From an uncultured archaeon (lineage in GTDB: Archaea > Aenigmatarchaeota > Aenigmatarchaeia > QMZP01 > QMZT01): 64,000 nt of DNA. The translations under genes and the position numbers were made by a program. The stretch spans positions 26,081 through 90,080 of the forward strand of contig CAYFWU010000001.1 in assembly GCA_964347025.1 (NCBI GenBank), read 5' to 3'. The notes below the pieces were generated by a model. It had not been told where the DNA came from and searched no databases. It saw only the letters and a list, made by a program, of their open reading frames with translations. This document shows positions 18,367 to 28,439 of the stretch, one piece after another (position 1 is the first letter of the stretch; each line of letters opens with the position of its first letter).

Positions 18367-19293
18367 ATGGCAAGGACAATTCAGTCACTTTTGCTAATTT
18401 TTTGTTTGATTTTGGTATCAGGATGTATAGGCCAACAGACATCTTCTGGCGATGGGCTGGTCATAGAGAATTTTGTATCCAACCCGTCTGAAATATATTC
18501 CGGAGAATCGTTTCAACTTCAGCTGATGGTGAGAAACACAGGCATCTCCGATGCAAAAAACGTTAGATTTGAGCTTTCCAACATAGGAACCACCTATGGA
18601 AGCAGAGGGCTTGAAATATCCTGTGAACCAGAATGTTTGGATGTAATACAAAGCTTACTCGCCCCAGACCCCCAGGCAGGAACCACAGGAGAATCAAGAA
18701 CATGCATATGGAATTGCTTCGCCCCCCAAGACGTCCCTAGAAACGCGAAACTTACGTTTAACCCCAACCTGAGGATATACTATGACTATGAGAATACGAT
18801 CGTCAAGTCCGTCACAATAGTATCAGAGGACGAATTGAGATCAATACAGTCACAGGGGATACCACTCCCAAGCGAGGTTGTTAGCCCATCAGGAGGCCCG
18901 GTAACACTGAGCATACAGATGAGGAGCCCTGTTAAGTATATAGAAAACTCAAATACAGTAACCTTCCCGATAGCCATAACAATTGAAAATGTTGGTGGCG
19001 GTGTGGCTTGTCATCCGAGTTGTAGTGACCCGAAAAACTGGAACAAGGTATTTTTAGGTCTGGGCCCGGAATCTGGAATGAACCTGAAAGACTGTGAAAT
19101 AGTGATGTACAACGAAATTGATTTATGGGAAGGTCGGAGCAGAACAATTGTTTGTGACGGAGAGCTGTCCCTGTTTTCTGAGATGAGCGGCAGGAGGACG
19201 GGGATCAACCTGCTGCAAAAAACCTTAGAGATAAAGGCAAGCTATGAATACTTTGTAGACACTTCAACTTCTATAACGGTGACAGGGTTCTAA
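18367..19293 (+). CDS. secreted lipoprotein, paralog 4 of the tandem family
   Basis: Lipobox LVSGC. Motifs VRNTGI, LLAPDPQAGTTGE, YYDYENTIVKSVTIVSEDELRSIQSQGIPLP, IENVGGG, and KASYEYFVDTSTSITVTGF. Confidence 0.5.
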   Translation: MARTIQSLLLIFCLILVSGCIGQQTSSGDGLVIENFVSNPSEIYSGESFQLQLMVRNTGISDAKNVRFELSNIGTTYGSRGLEISCEPECLDVIQSLLAPDPQAGTTGESRTCIWNCFAPQDVPRNAKLTFNPNLRIYYDYENTIVKSVTIVSEDELRSIQSQGIPLPSEVVSPSGGPVTLSIQMRSPVKYIENSNTVTFPIAITIENVGGGVACHPSCSDPKNWNKVFLGLGPESGMNLKDCEIVMYNEIDLWEGRSRTIVCDGELSLFSEMSGRRTGINLLQKTLEIKASYEYFVDTSTSITVTGF

Positions 19294-20540
19294 TTGAAAT
19301 CTTTGAGTGTCTTCTGCGGCTTTTTCAAACCCTCACCTTTATCCTCTTTCAGCATGATCTTTCCATAAACCCCATCATAACCAGCCCTTACCTTTATGCC
19401 CCCAGATCTGACTTTTAGTATCAAATCAGCTGTTTTTTCACTTATTATGTTCTTCATCTGTTCTTCATCTGCCTTTATCAAAACATTGAGTTCAGAACCA
19501 AAGGCATTGATCAACTTGTTATATTCCGTCCATACCCTTTGCGAGTTTACTGCAGAACCAAGGGCTATTGATATTATCTCTGACAAGGGAATAATGGATT
19601 TGAAAGGCTTGGAGCCTTCCGGGACGAACCCCTCCTCCCTGTCTGCAAGTTCCTCAACTCTGTGCAGAACACCGACAGTTAAGGGCTTCCTGCAGACAGG
19701 ACAAATATTTTTTGAACGTCTTGCCTCTTCAGGCGTTAATGAAATCCCGCATTCCCTATGTCCGTCGTGGTGATACTTCCCATAGCTGGGATCAACCTCT
19801 ATGGTTTCTACAAGACCCTCCTTCGTTTTTATGGCCTTAACGATGTTTTCATACGTTATTTCTTTAAATTCGAAAACCGTGGCCTCTCTTCCGATTCTCC
19901 AAGGCCAGAACGAATGGAGATCTGAGAAAGAAACAAGGGCAAATCTATCAAGAGACGACAGTCTCCAGTTCATTTCAGGATTTGATGATAATCCGGTTTC
20001 AAGAGCGAATATGTTTTTTATCTGGTCCTGGAAACAATCCTCTATTCTGTCAAATCCGGATTTGGATCCAAAGAGGGAAAACCACGGCGTCCATATATGG
20101 GCTGGTATTACCATGCAATCCTCAGAGATGCCAATAATGTTTTCAACAAGCTCCGTGCAACTGAAACCAAATATCGGCCTACCATCATAATCAAGCCTCC
20201 CCCTTTTCGACAGCCACCCGTTTATCTGGTCAACTGTTTCGAAATCTTTAGCGAAAATTATGTTATGTATCCTCCTCTGTCTGTTATCCTGGGTGTAGAT
20301 GTTCGAAAGTTCTGTTGAAAGCAAAAAATTGAAACCGTCCTTGCTCTTCAAAATCCCAGACCCATCCTCCACGAGCTTCTCTCTTAACTCTTTCAGCCAT
20401 AAAGGATGCGTGAAATCTCCTGTTCCAAGTAAATTTATTCCCTTTATTTTTGCGTACTTGACGAGATTCTCTATGTTCAATTCCTTGCTTGTGGCCCTAG
20501 AGAATCTTGAATGAATGTGAAGATCGGAGAATATTCTCAT
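19290..20540 (-). CDS. PHP-family phosphoesterase with Zn-ribbon (COG1379-like)
   Basis: N-terminus MRIFSDLHIHSRFSRAT is the PHP histidine motif. An internal CPVCRKPL Zn ribbon is present. Length 416 aa. Confidence 0.65.
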   Translation of the reverse strand: MRIFSDLHIHSRFSRATSKELNIENLVKYAKIKGINLLGTGDFTHPLWLKELREKLVEDGSGILKSKDGFNFLLSTELSNIYTQDNRQRRIHNIIFAKDFETVDQINGWLSKRGRLDYDGRPIFGFSCTELVENIIGISEDCMVIPAHIWTPWFSLFGSKSGFDRIEDCFQDQIKNIFALETGLSSNPEMNWRLSSLDRFALVSFSDLHSFWPWRIGREATVFEFKEITYENIVKAIKTKEGLVETIEVDPSYGKYHHDGHRECGISLTPEEARRSKNICPVCRKPLTVGVLHRVEELADREEGFVPEGSKPFKSIIPLSEIISIALGSAVNSQRVWTEYNKLINAFGSELNVLIKADEEQMKNIISEKTADLILKVRSGGIKVRAGYDGVYGKIMLKEDKGEGLKKPQKTLKDFN

Positions 20541-20571
20541 AAGAGTTTATTATTTTTGTTTTTAAAATAAG

Positions 20572-20742
20572 TGGGCTCGTGGGGAAATTCACATACAAAG
20601 ACTTGCTAAGCAAGTCAAAACGCATTTACAAATGCGACCCGTGTTTCGAACCCCAGACCTTCGGCTCTCTTAGCTAAAGCTGACAAGCTTCCGCTTATCG
20701 GACATATAAGACCGACGCTCTAACCAGGCTGAGCTACGAGCC
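20572..20742 (-). tRNA. tRNA-Ile (anticodon UAU) carrying two introns: a canonical 37/38 anticodon-loop intron (~38 nt) and a non-canonical T-loop intron (~59 nt after position 59/60)
   Basis: The minus-strand RNA folds as acceptor GGGCUCG/CGAGCCC, D-arm GCUC-AGCCUGGUUA-GAGC, anticodon stem UCGGU/GCCGA with loop CUUAUA|intron|A (C32, U33, U34-A35-U36, A37), variable loop AGGUC, T-stem UGGGG/CCCCA, T-loop UUCGAAA|intron, discriminator A. The spliced product is 75 nt. CCA is not encoded. Confidence 0.7.
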
Positions 20743-20807
20743 CATCTATGGGTATTAATCTATTATTCGTGTTCAGCTTAAATTAATGTTTAAATAATCT
20801 GTTAAGG

Positions 20808-20824
20808 GAAAGGTTTATAAATAA
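20808..20824 (+). promoter_or_regulatory. BRE/TATA promoter of the thermosome gene
   Basis: The sequence gaaaggTTTATAAATa lies ~60 nt upstream of the ATG. A gagaggtga Shine-Dalgarno is at 20869-20877. Confidence 0.45.
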
Positions 20825-20881
20825 CCTATATATATTATATCCTATCCTTATCATTGAATCGATAGGCAGAGAGGTGATGTT

Positions 20882-22525
20882 ATGAATGGAATGGGACAGC
20901 AGATTCAACCTGTGGTCATACTTCCTGAGGGAACCCTCAGGACAAGGGGCAGGGATGCCCAAAAGAATAATATAGCAGCCGCTAAACTGGTGGCTGATGC
21001 AGTTAGAACAACCTTGGGCCCGAAGGGAATGGACAAGATGTTGGTCGATTCCTTAGGGGACGTTACGATAACAAATGATGGAGCAACCATTTTAAACGAG
21101 ATGCAGATTGAACATCCCGCAGCCAAGATGATGGCTGAGGTTGCAAAAACCCAAGACGAGGCTGTTGGGGACGGAACAACGACAGCTGTTATAATAGCAG
21201 GGGAGCTACTGAAGGAAGCAGAAAATCTGCTGGAAAAGCAGATCCATCCCACTGTCATAACAAAGGGTTTCAGACTGGCAAAGATGAAGTCGCTGGAAAT
21301 ACTGGATAAACTGTCTTATACAGTTACAATAAAGGATGAGAAAACCCTGAAACGAATTGCGAACACGGCAATGACAGGCAAATCTGCTGAGAGGGCCTCT
21401 GAAAAGCTTACGGATCTCGCCGTGAGGGCGGTTACAAGGATAGCCGAGAAAGACACGAATGAGACAGACACCGAAAACATAAAGATCGAGAAGAAACAGG
21501 GAGGGTCGATGGCAGATACAGAACTCATAGAAGGAATAGTTCTTGACAAGGAAGTGGTTCATGCAGGAATGCCAAAGAAACTCGAAAAGGCTAAGATAGC
21601 TTTGCTGGATTCTGCACTGGAGGTTAAAGAACTTGAGGGAGATGCAAAGATAAGCATAGATTCGCCCGAAAAGTTGCACGCATTCCTCAACGAGGAGGAG
21701 AAAAGCCTGAAGGACATGGTAAATACAGTCATAAAATCAGGAACGAACGTCGTCTTCTGTCAGAAGGGCATAGACGATGTGGCTCAGCATTACCTGGCAA
21801 AGGCAAACATAATAGCGGCAAGAAGGGTTAAAAAATCCGATATGGAGAAGCTGGCGAGAGCGACAGGAGCGAAGATAGTGACTAACATAAAGGATCTGTC
21901 AAAGAGTGATCTGGGGTATGCAGGGCTCGTTCAAGAAAAGAAAATCGCTGGCGATGAAATGATATTCGTTGAGAGATGCAAGGAACCGAAGGCCGTGACC
22001 ATCCTTATTCGTGGAGGAAGCGAGCACGTCGTTGATGAAGTGGAGAGAGCGATGGAGGACGCGATAAAGGGAGTTGCTGCAGCGTTAGAACTAGGAAAGA
22101 TAGTTCCTGGCGGTGGAGCAGTCGAGGTTCAGGTAGCAAAGCAGTTAAGGAAATATGCCGAATCCTTCAAAGGAAGAGAACAGCTGGCTGTCAATGCATT
22201 CGCAGATGCCATGGAGATCGTTCCGAAGAGCCTTGCTGAGAATGCAGGTCTGGATCCGATAGACAAGCTGGCTCAGCTCAGGTCAGAGCACGACAGGAAA
22301 AGAACAGCAACAGGCCTGGATGTATTCACAGGGAATGTACACAGCATGATAAACCTTGGTGTTATAGAACCCCTGAAAATAAAACTTCAGGCCCTTAAGA
22401 GCGCAAGCGAGGTTGCAGAGATGATACTAAGGATAGACGATATGATTTCAGCGGGCGCTGGAGAAAGGGGTGGAGGACCTCCGATGCCACCCGGGGGCAT
22501 GCCAGGTGGGATGCCTGAATACTGA
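20882..22525 (+). CDS. ths: thermosome (group II chaperonin) subunit
   Basis: Motifs [34 protein letters not shown], and VPGGGA, with a C-terminal GGM repeat tail. Length 547 aa. Confidence 0.9.
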   Translation: MNGMGQQIQPVVILPEGTLRTRGRDAQKNNIAAAKLVADAVRTTLGPKGMDKMLVDSLGDVTITNDGATILNEMQIEHPAAKMMAEVAKTQDEAVGDGTTTAVIIAGELLKEAENLLEKQIHPTVITKGFRLAKMKSLEILDKLSYTVTIKDEKTLKRIANTAMTGKSAERASEKLTDLAVRAVTRIAEKDTNETDTENIKIEKKQGGSMADTELIEGIVLDKEVVHAGMPKKLEKAKIALLDSALEVKELEGDAKISIDSPEKLHAFLNEEEKSLKDMVNTVIKSGTNVVFCQKGIDDVAQHYLAKANIIAARRVKKSDMEKLARATGAKIVTNIKDLSKSDLGYAGLVQEKKIAGDEMIFVERCKEPKAVTILIRGGSEHVVDEVERAMEDAIKGVAAALELGKIVPGGGAVEVQVAKQLRKYAESFKGREQLAVNAFADAMEIVPKSLAENAGLDPIDKLAQLRSEHDRKRTATGLDVFTGNVHSMINLGVIEPLKIKLQALKSASEVAEMILRIDDMISAGAGERGGGPPMPPGGMPGGMPEY

Positions 22526-22571
22526 TCCGGAGGTATCAAATATTTATATTAGGTAATGGCAAATATTTATT

Positions 22572-23066
22572 ATGAGCCCAGAAGAAGAATACGAGGTAAT
22601 ACCAACATCTCCCATACGAAGATTGGAAAAAAGAATTGAACAAGTTGAGACAGGAAGTTACTCTTCTCAGATCCGAAAGTTAATAGAGCAGGTTATAGAA
22701 CTTATTAAATCAAATCAGAGGATAATAGACGATAGTATAAAGGCTAACACAGATCTCATAGCAGAGGTTTCAAAGGTCCCAAAGAAAGTTGAAGATCTGA
22801 TAATTGAGATGAGAGAATTCATGAAACTGTTAAAAACTTCCGCAGAGGAGGAAGAAGTGTCAGCAGTTTCGAAAGAAGTAATGACACCTCTGGTTGACAA
22901 ATTGGCAGAACTTATAGAGCAGAACAAGAAGAATTTTGAGACCAATCAGGCCGCTCTCACGACTTTGGGCATAATAGAGAAGAGGCTGAAGAGACTTTAC
23001 GTACAAAGTACGCCAACAAGAACAGCAACCAGCGGTTACACCAGATCCCCAGGAACAGAATATTAA
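22572..23066 (+). CDS. hypothetical coiled-coil protein
   Basis: 164 aa with heptad-rich Glu/Lys/Ile-rich sequence. No recognisable motif. Confidence 0.3.
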   Translation: MSPEEEYEVIPTSPIRRLEKRIEQVETGSYSSQIRKLIEQVIELIKSNQRIIDDSIKANTDLIAEVSKVPKKVEDLIIEMREFMKLLKTSAEEEEVSAVSKEVMTPLVDKLAELIEQNKKNFETNQAALTTLGIIEKRLKRLYVQSTPTRTATSGYTRSPGTEY

Positions 23067-23097
23067 ATGATTAAATAAATTAAAGGAGGTTGAATGG

Positions 23098-23532
23098 ATG
23101 AAAAAGGGAATAACCCCCATCATCGCAATAATAATTTTGCTGCTTATAACAATAGGTCTTGCAGCAACAGCATGGACGTATTTATCAGGGTTTTTGGCCG
23201 GTTACACCAAGTCACTACAGTTAGTAGACTCATATTGTATGGGCGCTACAACAACCACTGTAGTACTCAGAAACACAGGACCAGATCCGATAGCATTGGG
23301 TGCATCTTGCAGTATAAGCGGCAGTGTAATGACATGCGGTTCTATGACAGTAACGAGAACTGATGCCAACCTGGATGCCAGTGCAGCTATAAGTACATCA
23401 GGAAATCTTGCAGCAGGATCGACATTTACGTTCACGGATGTATGTACACCGGCAGGTACACCGGCAGTTTGTACGTACAGGTTTGTTGCAGGCGGTACAG
23501 GAGCGACTGTGGTTTCAGTGCCTTGCGGATAA
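23098..23532 (+). CDS. archaeal type IV pilin-like protein (class III signal peptide), Thr/Ala/Gly-rich C-terminus
   Basis: N-terminus MKKGITPIIAIIILLLITIGLAATAW. A GGAGGT SD lies 5 nt upstream. Confidence 0.5.
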   Translation: MKKGITPIIAIIILLLITIGLAATAWTYLSGFLAGYTKSLQLVDSYCMGATTTTVVLRNTGPDPIALGASCSISGSVMTCGSMTVTRTDANLDASAAISTSGNLAAGSTFTFTDVCTPAGTPAVCTYRFVAGGTGATVVSVPCG

Positions 23533-23541
23533 ACCCGCAAA

Positions 23542-26379
23542 TCACCCTTCTTTTTTAAATTTTAAGAAATCTATCTTTCCCTGCGCCAGATAACCTTTAC
23601 CGCCACCAGAACCGCCGTATTTTTTACAGAATTTTTTAACCTTTTTTGTTATATCCGTGGTTTTGCTCATTCCTATGACATCCCCTTCCCTGTTAACAAG
23701 AATAACAGTGAACTTGGGATGGGAAGAAACGAGAAGATCAGCAGTTTTTATCATATCCTTTCTACTCATATCAACTATTTCAAATATTTCCTTGTTCCTC
23801 ACCCTTTTCAAGAGTTTCTTGATTTCTAAATCAGCCTTTTTCATTCCTAATTTTTGAAGTTCTTTTTTCTGGGATTTCCATAATTTAAAAATAATTTCAC
23901 AACCACTCTTCAACGTTTTTGTCCTCTCTTTTTTAATTTTTTTGTTCAAGAGCTTAACATCCTCTAGGGTCTCCCTTACAAATTTTTCGACGGTATTCTC
24001 TACCTGTTTCAATGGGACGGAAAAGAAATGTGAACACTCCCTCAGTTGCTTTGGTATGTCAGAAAATTTACCTTCAAATTCAACCAATTTGTTCAATTCA
24101 CTGAAGATGCCATTAAAAATTTCGTTCTCCTTTTTTGAAATTTTCTCTACAACCTCACCCGCAGTGAACTCAATCCTGATAACGCCATCCTGAATTTTGC
24201 TGGTTTTTAACAGCTTTATTTTTCCAACCTCCTTTGTGTTGTTAAGATGCGTTCCTCCACATGCTTCAACATCCACACCAAGGATGTTTACAATTCTTAT
24301 CATCCTGCCAGGTACAGCCCCGCCCTGATATATTCCCATTCCAAACCTCTTTTCAGCAACATTCCTTGGAATCAACATCTTTTCAATTTTTGTCCCCCTC
24401 TTCACGATCTTGTTGGCCTCGCTTTCTATCCTTTTCAATTCATGGATACCGATTGGCTGATAATGGGTTATGTCCAGATGAGAATATTCCTCGGTCTTCT
24501 TCGCTCCTGCCTGATTAACATGATCCCCCAAAACCTTCTTGGCAGCAGCATTCACTATGTGCGTTGCCGTATGCTGTTGGGAGAGTTTTAACCTTCTTAG
24601 CCAATTGACTTCTCCCTTAACTTTCATATCCCTTTTCAAACCGTGTCCCTTCTTCATTTCGTGAACAATGACACCTCCCTGCTTGAATACACCCAGAACG
24701 TCCTTACCGTTTATATCTCCCAGATCATGAATTTGGCCACCAGAGGTCGGATAAAAACCAGTCTGATCAAGAACTACGAAATTATTTATTACCTTCAACA
24801 CCTTTCCGTCAAATTCCAGTTTTTTGTAATTTTTGTAATACAATATTCCTGTATCAGGAATTCCGTCCAGAGGAAGTAATTCGCTTCTCTCTGTAGCCGC
24901 TATCTGTTCTTTCTTTTCGTGAAGTTCGGAAACCTTTGAATAGAAATCATCAGCTATTTTTATTTTCTTCCCCATCTTTCCGAATTCCTCCTTCACTATT
25001 TCAGGCGGTATTCCATGACTGTCGTAAAGTTTCAGGAGTTCCTTTTCAGTCACCCTTTCCTTGAATATGTTTTTGACAATTCTTACAGACTTTCTCTTGG
25101 TGTTTTCATATTTTTTTCCTTCAACCTCTATTATTTTTCCTACACCCTCCAGACTTTCCGATAATTCAGGAAATATCGGTTTCAGGTAACGTGCATGCCA
25201 TTCACAGACTTCTGGAATATCCACAGACCAAGCATATTTATTTATGAAGAGTCTCGCTCTTCTGAACAACATCCTCAGGTTGTAACCACCGCCCACGTTA
25301 CTTGGCAAGCCACCATCAGTCAAGGCTACCAAAAGGCTTCTTGAATGTTCTGCCACAGAATACATTCCGGATAATGGGAGTATGAATTCTCTCAGTTCCT
25401 TGACATCCACGCCAACCTTTCCTGCCACAACTTTCCAGGACCTGTCAATGTTTTCTATTTCATCCAAATTGAGAAGGCCTGCATAAGGAACGTATATCCT
25501 CATAACGTCTTTGTCCACCTTCAGACCAGTTTTCGAAAGAAGTTTCTTGACAACTGTTGGAAAAGTCGCATCGTAAATGGTTTCGCAGCCCTGTGTGAAC
25601 CATGCATTTCTCTCCTGCCCCATACCCATATCCAAAACCTTTATTCCCAGTTCTCTGATGCCTGAAGGTGTCTGTTCATAGAGCATGTAGACCTGGTTCC
25701 CTAGTTCACATCCTTTTGAAAAAAATTCCATGCATGATCCGAAATTCCCTCCACCTGCCCAGGCATCCTCATGATAGATTATATCAGAATTTTTCAACCC
25801 AATACCCCTTCTTAACCATACATGTATATCACGAAAAACCTTTTCCTGGTCCCATTTTTTGGGAGGGACAAATGAATGCTGGCCTATCATCACAAAACCG
25901 GTGTTGTGCGATTGTGTCACACCAACATTATCTATATCATTGAACCTCAGACAGAACTGCGGGATGACCAAGGGGTTTGCTGGAGGTTCCACTTCACCCG
26001 AAATCACGTATGGCTGGAAGGCAGAGATCGAAGCGTTCGTGTATTCCATTGTGGGATTCCAGCGGGCAACAACAGGATACCTTCTTATTGGTGTGTAGCC
26101 GAACTTTCTGAACATTCTCGCGAACTCCAGCCAGACATCTATATAGCTCATTTTTTTCTTTGCCGGAGTATCTCCTATGAAACCAAAACCTTCTCCGCTA
26201 CACAACGGATCTCCGCATACCCTTCTTTCAGGGTCTGTATTCCAGAAAGGCTTCTTGCATTTGGTACAGACATTCCTTGTAAACCCCTCCTCTTTCAAAA
26301 CACCGGTTGCATAGTACCTGTCGGGATTCTTCCAGAACTTCGGAAGAAATTCTTTTTTGATCTCTTTATCGGATTTCAT
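23542..26379 (-). CDS. alaS: alanyl-tRNA synthetase
   Basis: 945 aa archaeal-type AlaRS with a class II core, the editing-domain HxxxH/CxxxH region (HTATHIVN, CGGTH), and a C-terminal DHHA1-like region. Confidence 0.9.
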   Translation of the reverse strand: MKSDKEIKKEFLPKFWKNPDRYYATGVLKEEGFTRNVCTKCKKPFWNTDPERRVCGDPLCSGEGFGFIGDTPAKKKMSYIDVWLEFARMFRKFGYTPIRRYPVVARWNPTMEYTNASISAFQPYVISGEVEPPANPLVIPQFCLRFNDIDNVGVTQSHNTGFVMIGQHSFVPPKKWDQEKVFRDIHVWLRRGIGLKNSDIIYHEDAWAGGGNFGSCMEFFSKGCELGNQVYMLYEQTPSGIRELGIKVLDMGMGQERNAWFTQGCETIYDATFPTVVKKLLSKTGLKVDKDVMRIYVPYAGLLNLDEIENIDRSWKVVAGKVGVDVKELREFILPLSGMYSVAEHSRSLLVALTDGGLPSNVGGGYNLRMLFRRARLFINKYAWSVDIPEVCEWHARYLKPIFPELSESLEGVGKIIEVEGKKYENTKRKSVRIVKNIFKERVTEKELLKLYDSHGIPPEIVKEEFGKMGKKIKIADDFYSKVSELHEKKEQIAATERSELLPLDGIPDTGILYYKNYKKLEFDGKVLKVINNFVVLDQTGFYPTSGGQIHDLGDINGKDVLGVFKQGGVIVHEMKKGHGLKRDMKVKGEVNWLRRLKLSQQHTATHIVNAAAKKVLGDHVNQAGAKKTEEYSHLDITHYQPIGIHELKRIESEANKIVKRGTKIEKMLIPRNVAEKRFGMGIYQGGAVPGRMIRIVNILGVDVEACGGTHLNNTKEVGKIKLLKTSKIQDGVIRIEFTAGEVVEKISKKENEIFNGIFSELNKLVEFEGKFSDIPKQLRECSHFFSVPLKQVENTVEKFVRETLEDVKLLNKKIKKERTKTLKSGCEIIFKLWKSQKKELQKLGMKKADLEIKKLLKRVRNKEIFEIVDMSRKDMIKTADLLVSSHPKFTVILVNREGDVIGMSKTTDITKKVKKFCKKYGGSGGGKGYLAQGKIDFLKFKKEG

Positions 26380-26461
26380 AATTTATTATATTCAAGAGCT
26401 ATACTTAAATTTGAGAACTAGAGAGATCTTGACCGCTTCTTAAATTAAAGTAAAGGGGAGT

Positions 26462-26767
26462 TTATCCGAAAAGCGCGCCAAGACCTGCTGCCGCTTCCTC
26501 TGCTTTCTTCTCAGTTTTTTCTTCTTCCTTTTCCTCTTTCTTCTCTTCCTTCTTTTCCTCTGTTGCCGCTGGAGTAGCAGCTGCCTGAACTACAGAAGCT
26601 CCCTTTATAGCGTCTTCTATGTTAACGTCCTTAAGGCTTGATACCAAAGCCTTTATTTGGGCGGTTTCAACCTTAGCTCCTGCAGCTTCGAGCACCTTTT
26701 TAACTCCAGTCTCATCTACCTTTTTTCCCAAGGAGTGAAGGAGCAAAGCCGCATATACCATTTCCAT
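26462..26767 (-). CDS. rpl12: ribosomal stalk protein P1 (L12e)
   Basis: N-terminus [34 protein letters not shown], an acidic EEKKEEK linker, and C-terminus GLGALFG. Confidence 0.85.
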   Translation of the reverse strand: MEMVYAALLLHSLGKKVDETGVKKVLEAAGAKVETAQIKALVSSLKDVNIEDAIKGASVVQAAATPAATEEKKEEKKEEKEEEKTEKKAEEAAAGLGALFG

Positions 26768-26769
26768 CT

Positions 26770-27741
26770 TTATCCCTCCTTTTTAACCTTTGACTTTTTA
26801 TCAACATCTTTATCTTCTTCCTTTTCCTCTTTCTTCTCTGACTTTTTATCCGTCTTTTTCTCCGCTTTCGGCAACTCTTCCTTTACCTCAACCTCTTCTT
26901 TAGCCTCTTCCGGGATTTTCCCTTTAAGGGCAAGCATTTGCGAGTGTGCCCTTGCCAGAAGCCCCCCAACCGTTTCCTTAGTCACCAATCCAGCCTCCCT
27001 TGCCAAAATCATCGCTTCGCTGTATGCCTTTGAAAGCAGGAAGGGAACATTATCCTTCGTAACAAAACCTATGTTAAGCGAAAGGTTAAATGCATTCTGA
27101 TACGCAATGCGTACGTCGTTTTCGTATTTCTCCAGTGGTATGAACAATATTTCTTTAGGGTAGATAACACCATGATCCCATACCGCAAGCAGGTTCAGAG
27201 AAATTTCTATGGGTTCCACCCCCAGTTTCATTAGAACATCAGCGACCCCCTTTTCTATGGTCTCTCCGTACCTCACGACAACAACATCCTCTTTTACGAT
27301 GATGTTCTCGCCCTCAACACCTGCCGGGATCTTGACCCTCTGCAGTTCCCCTATCACAGGTCCTGCCTTGAGGTTCGTTTTACCGGCCTTTACAATTATA
27401 TCTTTAGGAGCGACGTCACCCTCCTTTGCTGCTGCAAAAGATTTGGATGATTCAATTATCCTCGCCAGGTCAAATGGGTCAGCATCACTGAACAACAAGG
27501 CAGGCTGATTCTCTATTTTCTTTTCAAGTTCTTTTATGCCTTTCTTGTCAACATTCTCTAACGCCCGTTTCATTATACTCTTTCTTACCATTCTAATCTT
27601 ACCCCGTCCCTTCAATTTGTCCCTCATTTCCTGTAGCTGTCTAGAAGGGAGCTTGAACATGTCAAGCAGACCAATGACTGGATATTTTTTCAACTCTTCT
27701 TCAAGTTTTTTCACTTTCTCTTTCTTCCTTTCTGACACCAT
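26770..27741 (-). CDS. rpl10: ribosomal stalk protein P0 (L10)
   Basis: 323 aa with the L10 N-terminal domain and an acidic Lys/Glu-rich tail. It lies between L1 and L12, as in the conserved cluster. Confidence 0.85.
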   Translation of the reverse strand: MVSERKKEKVKKLEEELKKYPVIGLLDMFKLPSRQLQEMRDKLKGRGKIRMVRKSIMKRALENVDKKGIKELEKKIENQPALLFSDADPFDLARIIESSKSFAAAKEGDVAPKDIIVKAGKTNLKAGPVIGELQRVKIPAGVEGENIIVKEDVVVVRYGETIEKGVADVLMKLGVEPIEISLNLLAVWDHGVIYPKEILFIPLEKYENDVRIAYQNAFNLSLNIGFVTKDNVPFLLSKAYSEAMILAREAGLVTKETVGGLLARAHSQMLALKGKIPEEAKEEVEVKEELPKAEKKTDKKSEKKEEKEEDKDVDKKSKVKKEG

Positions 27742-27743
27742 TC

Positions 27744-28379
27744 TTACACCTTTAACTTAATTGGCGGTCCCATTGTCAGTTTTATACAAGCACCTTTCAT
27801 GTTAACCTTTCCCTTGGGGAGTTTTTCCTTAACAAAGTTCATGACAGCAAGGACATTTTTCATTATTTGTTCCTCCTTCATACTTTCTGTCCCAACAGAA
27901 ACATGTATTACAGGTGAATCCCTAAGCCTAACCCTGATGAGCCTCTTTGACATCTCGATGAATGGTTGGACGCTTCCTTTAGGAGGGATAGGTTTGGGCA
28001 TTTTACCCCTTGGTCCTAAGACCACACCAAGTGTCTTACCCACCAGAGGCATAAGAGGTGCTTCGCAAAACCACCATTCGTATTCTTCCGCGTATTTTTT
28101 CAGTTTTTTCTTATCTCTTCCAAGCTTTTCTAGTTCACCCTTCGTTATAACTAGTCCGCCTGTCTTCTTTGCCTCAGGCAAAAGCATATCAACAATGAAT
28201 ATTACTTTGGTTTCTTTCCCCCTGCCTTCAGGCAGCGGAAATTCAACATCCAGCTTATTTTCGGGTTTTTTGAGATCTATGTTCTTAAGGCTAATCGACA
28301 GATCCCAAGTTTGAAGAAACTTTCTTTTCTTTGCCTTTTCCTTCGCTTCCTTTATCTCCTTCAAGAACTCTTCTGCCAT
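27744..28379 (-). CDS. rpl1: ribosomal protein L1
   Basis: N-terminus MAEEFLKEIKEAKEKAKKRKFLQTWDLSISLK and a 211-aa length typical of L1. Confidence 0.9.
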   Translation of the reverse strand: MAEEFLKEIKEAKEKAKKRKFLQTWDLSISLKNIDLKKPENKLDVEFPLPEGRGKETKVIFIVDMLLPEAKKTGGLVITKGELEKLGRDKKKLKKYAEEYEWWFCEAPLMPLVGKTLGVVLGPRGKMPKPIPPKGSVQPFIEMSKRLIRVRLRDSPVIHVSVGTESMKEEQIMKNVLAVMNFVKEKLPKGKVNMKGACIKLTMGPPIKLKV

Positions 28380-28439
28380 ATCACAACCTCCTGCTTACGC
28401 AGTAAACGGCATGATTCTTTAATTTATGGCAAAAGATAT

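Noticed and set aside
20572-20742. Alternative reading of the tRNA locus as a split tRNA (Nanoarchaeum-style)
   Set aside because: Both halves, with all four stems, are present co-linearly within 171 nt. Two introns explain the structure without invoking trans-splicing. I cannot exclude it without checking BHB motifs.
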